A stretch of 62,443 nucleotides of DNA, the filler included, from a bacterium (GTDB lineage: Bacteria; JADJOY01): NCBI GenBank assembly GCA_046331705.1. It is 4 parts of 4 records of this genome, joined end to end, with 100 filler letters (N's around TTAATTAATTAA, not from the genome) between each part and the next. Parts side by side here need not be neighbours in the genome. Positions count along the whole stretch, not along the records: positions 32,395 to 62,443 come from JAXLQJ010000073.1; 3 more parts are not named here. One strand, given 5' to 3'. The notes under the pieces are model-generated. The model saw only the letters and a program-made list of their open reading frames with translations, was not told where the DNA came from and ran no database searches. The translations under genes were made by a program, and so were the position numbers. Each line of letters begins with the position of its first letter. Position 1 is the stretch's first letter. This document shows positions 59,589 through 62,443 of this stretch, in pieces.

Positions 59589-60665
59589 ATGACCGATTCG
59601 CTTCTCGCTCGCACCACGCTGGCGATCGTGGCGCCCGACGAGTCGATCGCGGCGGCCACGCAGCACGTCCTCGACTTCAAGACCAAGCCACGCGGAAGCC
59701 TGGGACGGCTGGAGGCGCTCGCGTGCCGAATCGCAGCCATGCGGGCCGTGGCGCGGCCGCCGCTTCCCACCAAGGCCATCGTGGTGATCGGCGCGGACCA
59801 CGGTGTGGCCGCGGAAGGCGTCAGCGCCTATCCGAGCGAGGTCACGCGCCAGATGCTCCTCAACTTCGCGGCGGGCGGGGCCGCGATCAACGTGCTCGCG
59901 CGGCGCGCTGGGGCGCGGGTGCTGGTGGTGGACATGGGCGTGCGCGAGCCGCTCCCCGCAGACGCCGGTGTGCGTGCCGAGCGGATCGGTCCCGGAACGC
60001 GGAGCTTCTTGCGCGAGCCGGCCATGACGCGCGGCCAAGCCGTTCAGGCGATCGAGGTCGGTATCCGCATCGCGAACGAGCTCGCCGACGAGGGCGTGGA
60101 TCTGCTGGGTCTGGGCGAGATGGGGATCGGCAACACCACGGCGTCGACGGCGCTGGTGGCCGCGTTCACGGGCGCCGAGCCCGAGCGCGTCACCGGGCGC
60201 GGCACCGGCATCGACGACGCCGGCTGGCTGCGCAAGGTGGGTGTGGTGCGCAGCGCGCTCGCGTTCCACGGGCTCGGCAAGGGCGCGGCGCCGGGCGACG
60301 CGCTCGACGTGCTGGCGTGCGTCGGCGGGTTCGAGATCGCCGGGCTCGCAGGGGTCGGGCTCGGAGCCGCCGCCCGGCGCGTACCGGTGCTGCTCGACGG
60401 CTTCATCTCGACGGCGGCGGGGCTCGTCGCGGCGCGGCTCGCGCCGCTCGCCTCCGCCTATTTCCTCGCGGCGCACCGCTCGGTCGAGGTGGGGCACCGG
60501 GTCGCGCTCGACGCGCTCGGAGTGATGCCGCTCCTGGATCTCGATCTCAGGCTCGGCGAGGGCACCGGTGCCGCGCTCGCCATGAGCTTGATCGACGCCT
60601 CGCTCGCGATCCTCCACGAGATGGCGACCTTCGAGTCCGCGGGCGTCGCGGACACGGGTCGCTGA
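59589..60665 (+). CDS. cobT: Nicotinate-nucleotide:dimethylbenzimidazole phosphoribosyltransferase
   Basis: TKPRGSLGRLE, ADHGV..EGVSAYP..VT, GEMGIGNTT, GGFEIA, LRLGEGTGA, EMATF. Confidence 0.96.
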   Translation: MTDSLLARTTLAIVAPDESIAAATQHVLDFKTKPRGSLGRLEALACRIAAMRAVARPPLPTKAIVVIGADHGVAAEGVSAYPSEVTRQMLLNFAAGGAAINVLARRAGARVLVVDMGVREPLPADAGVRAERIGPGTRSFLREPAMTRGQAVQAIEVGIRIANELADEGVDLLGLGEMGIGNTTASTALVAAFTGAEPERVTGRGTGIDDAGWLRKVGVVRSALAFHGLGKGAAPGDALDVLACVGGFEIAGLAGVGLGAAARRVPVLLDGFISTAAGLVAARLAPLASAYFLAAHRSVEVGHRVALDALGVMPLLDLDLRLGEGTGAALAMSLIDASLAILHEMATFESAGVADTGR

Positions 60666-60667
60666 GC

Positions 60668-61411
60668 ATGCTCGCTCGCGCCCGGCGCCGGCTGGCGCTC
60701 GCGATCACCTTCCTGACCCGCGCGCCCGTCCCGGCGGGCGCCGCGGACGCCGACGACCTCGCCGCGAGCTTGGTCTTCTTTCCGGTGGTCGGTCTCGCGC
60801 TGGGCACGCTGCTGGTGGCCGTGGCGGCGCTGCTGCCGCCAGAGCTGCCGGCCGCCGCGCGGGGAGCGGTCGTGGTGGCGACGCTGGCGCTGGTGACCGG
60901 AGGGCTTCACCTCGACGGGCTCGCCGACGTGTTCGATGCGCTGGGCGGCGGGCGTGGCTCACGCGAGCGGATGCTCGCGATCCTGGACGATCCGCGGATC
61001 GGCGCCCACGGCGCCGCGGCGCTGGTGCTGGTGATCGTGGCCAAGACCTCGCTCGTGGGCGCGCTGGCGGCGGCCGATCAGCGCTGGGCGCTGCTCGCGT
61101 TTCCCGTCGCCGCGCGAGCGGCGATCGTGCCGCTGGTCGTGCTCTTTCCCGCGGCGCGCCGCGAGGGCTTGGCGCACGCGTTTCACGAGCGCGCGCGCGG
61201 CGGGCACGTCGCGGGAGCGAGCTTTCTCGCCGCGCTCGTCCTCGGCGCGATCGGCGCGCAGTGCGCGGGGCCGACGCTCGCGGCCATGCTGGCGGCGCTC
61301 GCGATCGCGAGCTGGATGCGCTTTCGCCTGGGCGGATTGAACGGCGACGTCTACGGCGCCGCCCTCGAGCTCGCCGAAGTCGCCTTCTTGGCCGGCGCCC
61401 TCAGCCGCTGA
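60668..61411 (+). CDS. cobS: Adenosylcobinamide-GDP ribazoletransferase (cobalamin synthase)
   Basis: FLTRAP, TGGLHLDGLAD.FD, MLAILDDPRIGAHG, GGLNGDVYGA..E..E. Confidence 0.95.
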   Translation: MLARARRRLALAITFLTRAPVPAGAADADDLAASLVFFPVVGLALGTLLVAVAALLPPELPAAARGAVVVATLALVTGGLHLDGLADVFDALGGGRGSRERMLAILDDPRIGAHGAAALVLVIVAKTSLVGALAAADQRWALLAFPVAARAAIVPLVVLFPAARREGLAHAFHERARGGHVAGASFLAALVLGAIGAQCAGPTLAAMLAALAIASWMRFRLGGLNGDVYGAALELAEVAFLAGALSR

Positions 61412-61501
61412 CCGGATTCCGCGCACGCGGATCCCGCCGGACCGCCCGTCGTGCGCGGGTCCACCGAGGGTGCGGTGGGCCTCCAGCGGGGGGGCGCGGC
61501 C

Positions 61502-61951
61502 TCACGCCAGGCGGGAGCGGCCGAGATCGAGGGCGAGCATGGCGACGGCGGCGGCGGCGAGCAGGGCGCCCACGGGCACGAGCACGATGAAGACCGAGGG
61601 ATCGCCCTCCGCGGACCCGATCCCGCCGAGGAAGAACCCGAGCGGCACCAGCGGCGTGCCGAAACGCAGCAGCGCGGCGGCGCGCGCGCGGCGGGTGTCG
61701 TCGCTCATGTGCCGCGAGGCGGTGAGCGCGAAGATCACGTTGATGACGCCGAGCAACGTCCCGTGGGCGTGGGCCAGGGTCCAGAGCTCGCGCCGGAGCC
61801 GCGCATCCACGTAGAGCGGCAGCTTCACGAGATGGAACGCCTCGAGGACGACGCCGCCGACGAGGAACACGGCGATCATCGTCCAGCCGAGGCGCAGGCA
61901 CGCCGTGCACGCGGCGTCGGACGTGGCGGGAGTCTTGGACGGTTTGCTCAT
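61502..61951 (-). CDS. Four-TM hypothetical membrane protein
   Basis: Hydrophobic helices; LAHAHGTLLG and PLGFFLGG motifs. Confidence 0.6.
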   Translation of the reverse strand: MSKPSKTPATSDAACTACLRLGWTMIAVFLVGGVVLEAFHLVKLPLYVDARLRRELWTLAHAHGTLLGVINVIFALTASRHMSDDTRRARAAALLRFGTPLVPLGFFLGGIGSAEGDPSVFIVLVPVGALLAAAAVAMLALDLGRSRLA

Positions 61952-61961
61952 GAGGGCTCGC

Positions 61962-62443
61962 TCACTCTCCGACGTCGATCTCTTTCGAGGCCATGAGCCG
62001 AAGGGCCACCATCGAGGCAGCGGCGTCGCGGTCGATCTCGTGGTCGGGGGCGACGAAGGTGCCTGGCGGCGGTGGCGGAAGCTGGCGCCCGCCTTCGCGC
62101 ACGTAGCCGGTCCAGCGCCTCGCGATCTCGGCGAGGCGCTCGGCGCGCGTCGGTGCGTCGGCGATGTAATCGAAGTCGCGCGCGGCTTCCGCGAGGGGCG
62201 AATCGCCCAGGTCGCCAGCGAGGTCGATCAAGCTCTGGCGCGCGAGAAAGCGAATCGTCGGGTAATCGTCGCGCAGCGCTTCGACGAGCAGCGGGGCCAC
62301 GAAGCTCGCACGCGCCTCCGGGGCCAGCGGGCCGTCGCGCCGCCCGGCGAGCTTGGCGGCGACGGCACGCTGCACCGGGTCGCCGCCCAGCAGCTCGGCG
62401 ACGAACGCGGTGGCGTCGAGGGGCGCGCCGTCGGCGCGTCCTG
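61962..62443 (-). CDS. C-terminal fragment of a hypothetical protein (HEAT-like segment)
   Basis: LLVEALRDDYPTIRFLARQSL..FDYIAD; frame appears to continue to the window edge. Confidence 0.5.
   Translation of the reverse strand, partial: GRADGAPLDATAFVAELLGGDPVQRAVAAKLAGRRDGPLAPEARASFVAPLLVEALRDDYPTIRFLARQSLIDLAGDLGDSPLAEAARDFDYIADAPTRAERLAEIARRWTGYVREGGRQLPPPPPGTFVAPDHEIDRDAAASMVALRLMASKEIDVGE

Noticed and set aside
1-62443. tRNA, rRNA, CRISPR arrays, IS elements and known defence systems
   Set aside because: None recognised by eye; tRNAscan, Infernal and defence-system HMM searches would be needed to exclude them fully.

Overview
High-GC bacterial sequence; the gene content (MYXO-CTERM-like tail, DUF4388/J-domain and PilZ proteins, TonB receptor) suggests a diderm Myxococcota/Binatota-like deltaproteobacterium. 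The window is four separate pieces joined by three artificial 100-nt linkers (N44-TTAATTAATTAA-N44 at 1436-1535, 25911-26010, 32295-32394), so gene order across the linkers means nothing. Contents: surface-polysaccharide genes, AtuA- and ParB-like genes, dinB, a purple acid phosphatase, a rubredoxin missed by the ORF track, PilZ/J-domain signalling genes, hisG, an alkyl-DHAP-synthase-like oxidase, a TetR-MAPEG unit with a perfect operator, a MacAB-like exporter, dusA, a run of mostly secreted phosphoesterases with CsgG/FlgT-like lipoproteins, and a divergent cobalamin uptake/salvage locus (btuFCD <- -> btuB, propeller lipoprotein, cobU, cobT, cobS). The best candidate for a new system is that locus. 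I see no cobalamin riboswitch in it. Instead it is headed by a winged-helix protein resembling the mainly archaeal PH0730/DUF4443 family, and the short divergent region carries two copies of a 19-bp palindrome GTGGG(A/G)TA-N3-TATCCCAC. This points to a protein-based B12 regulon. All family assignments come from recognising motifs by eye; no database searches were run.
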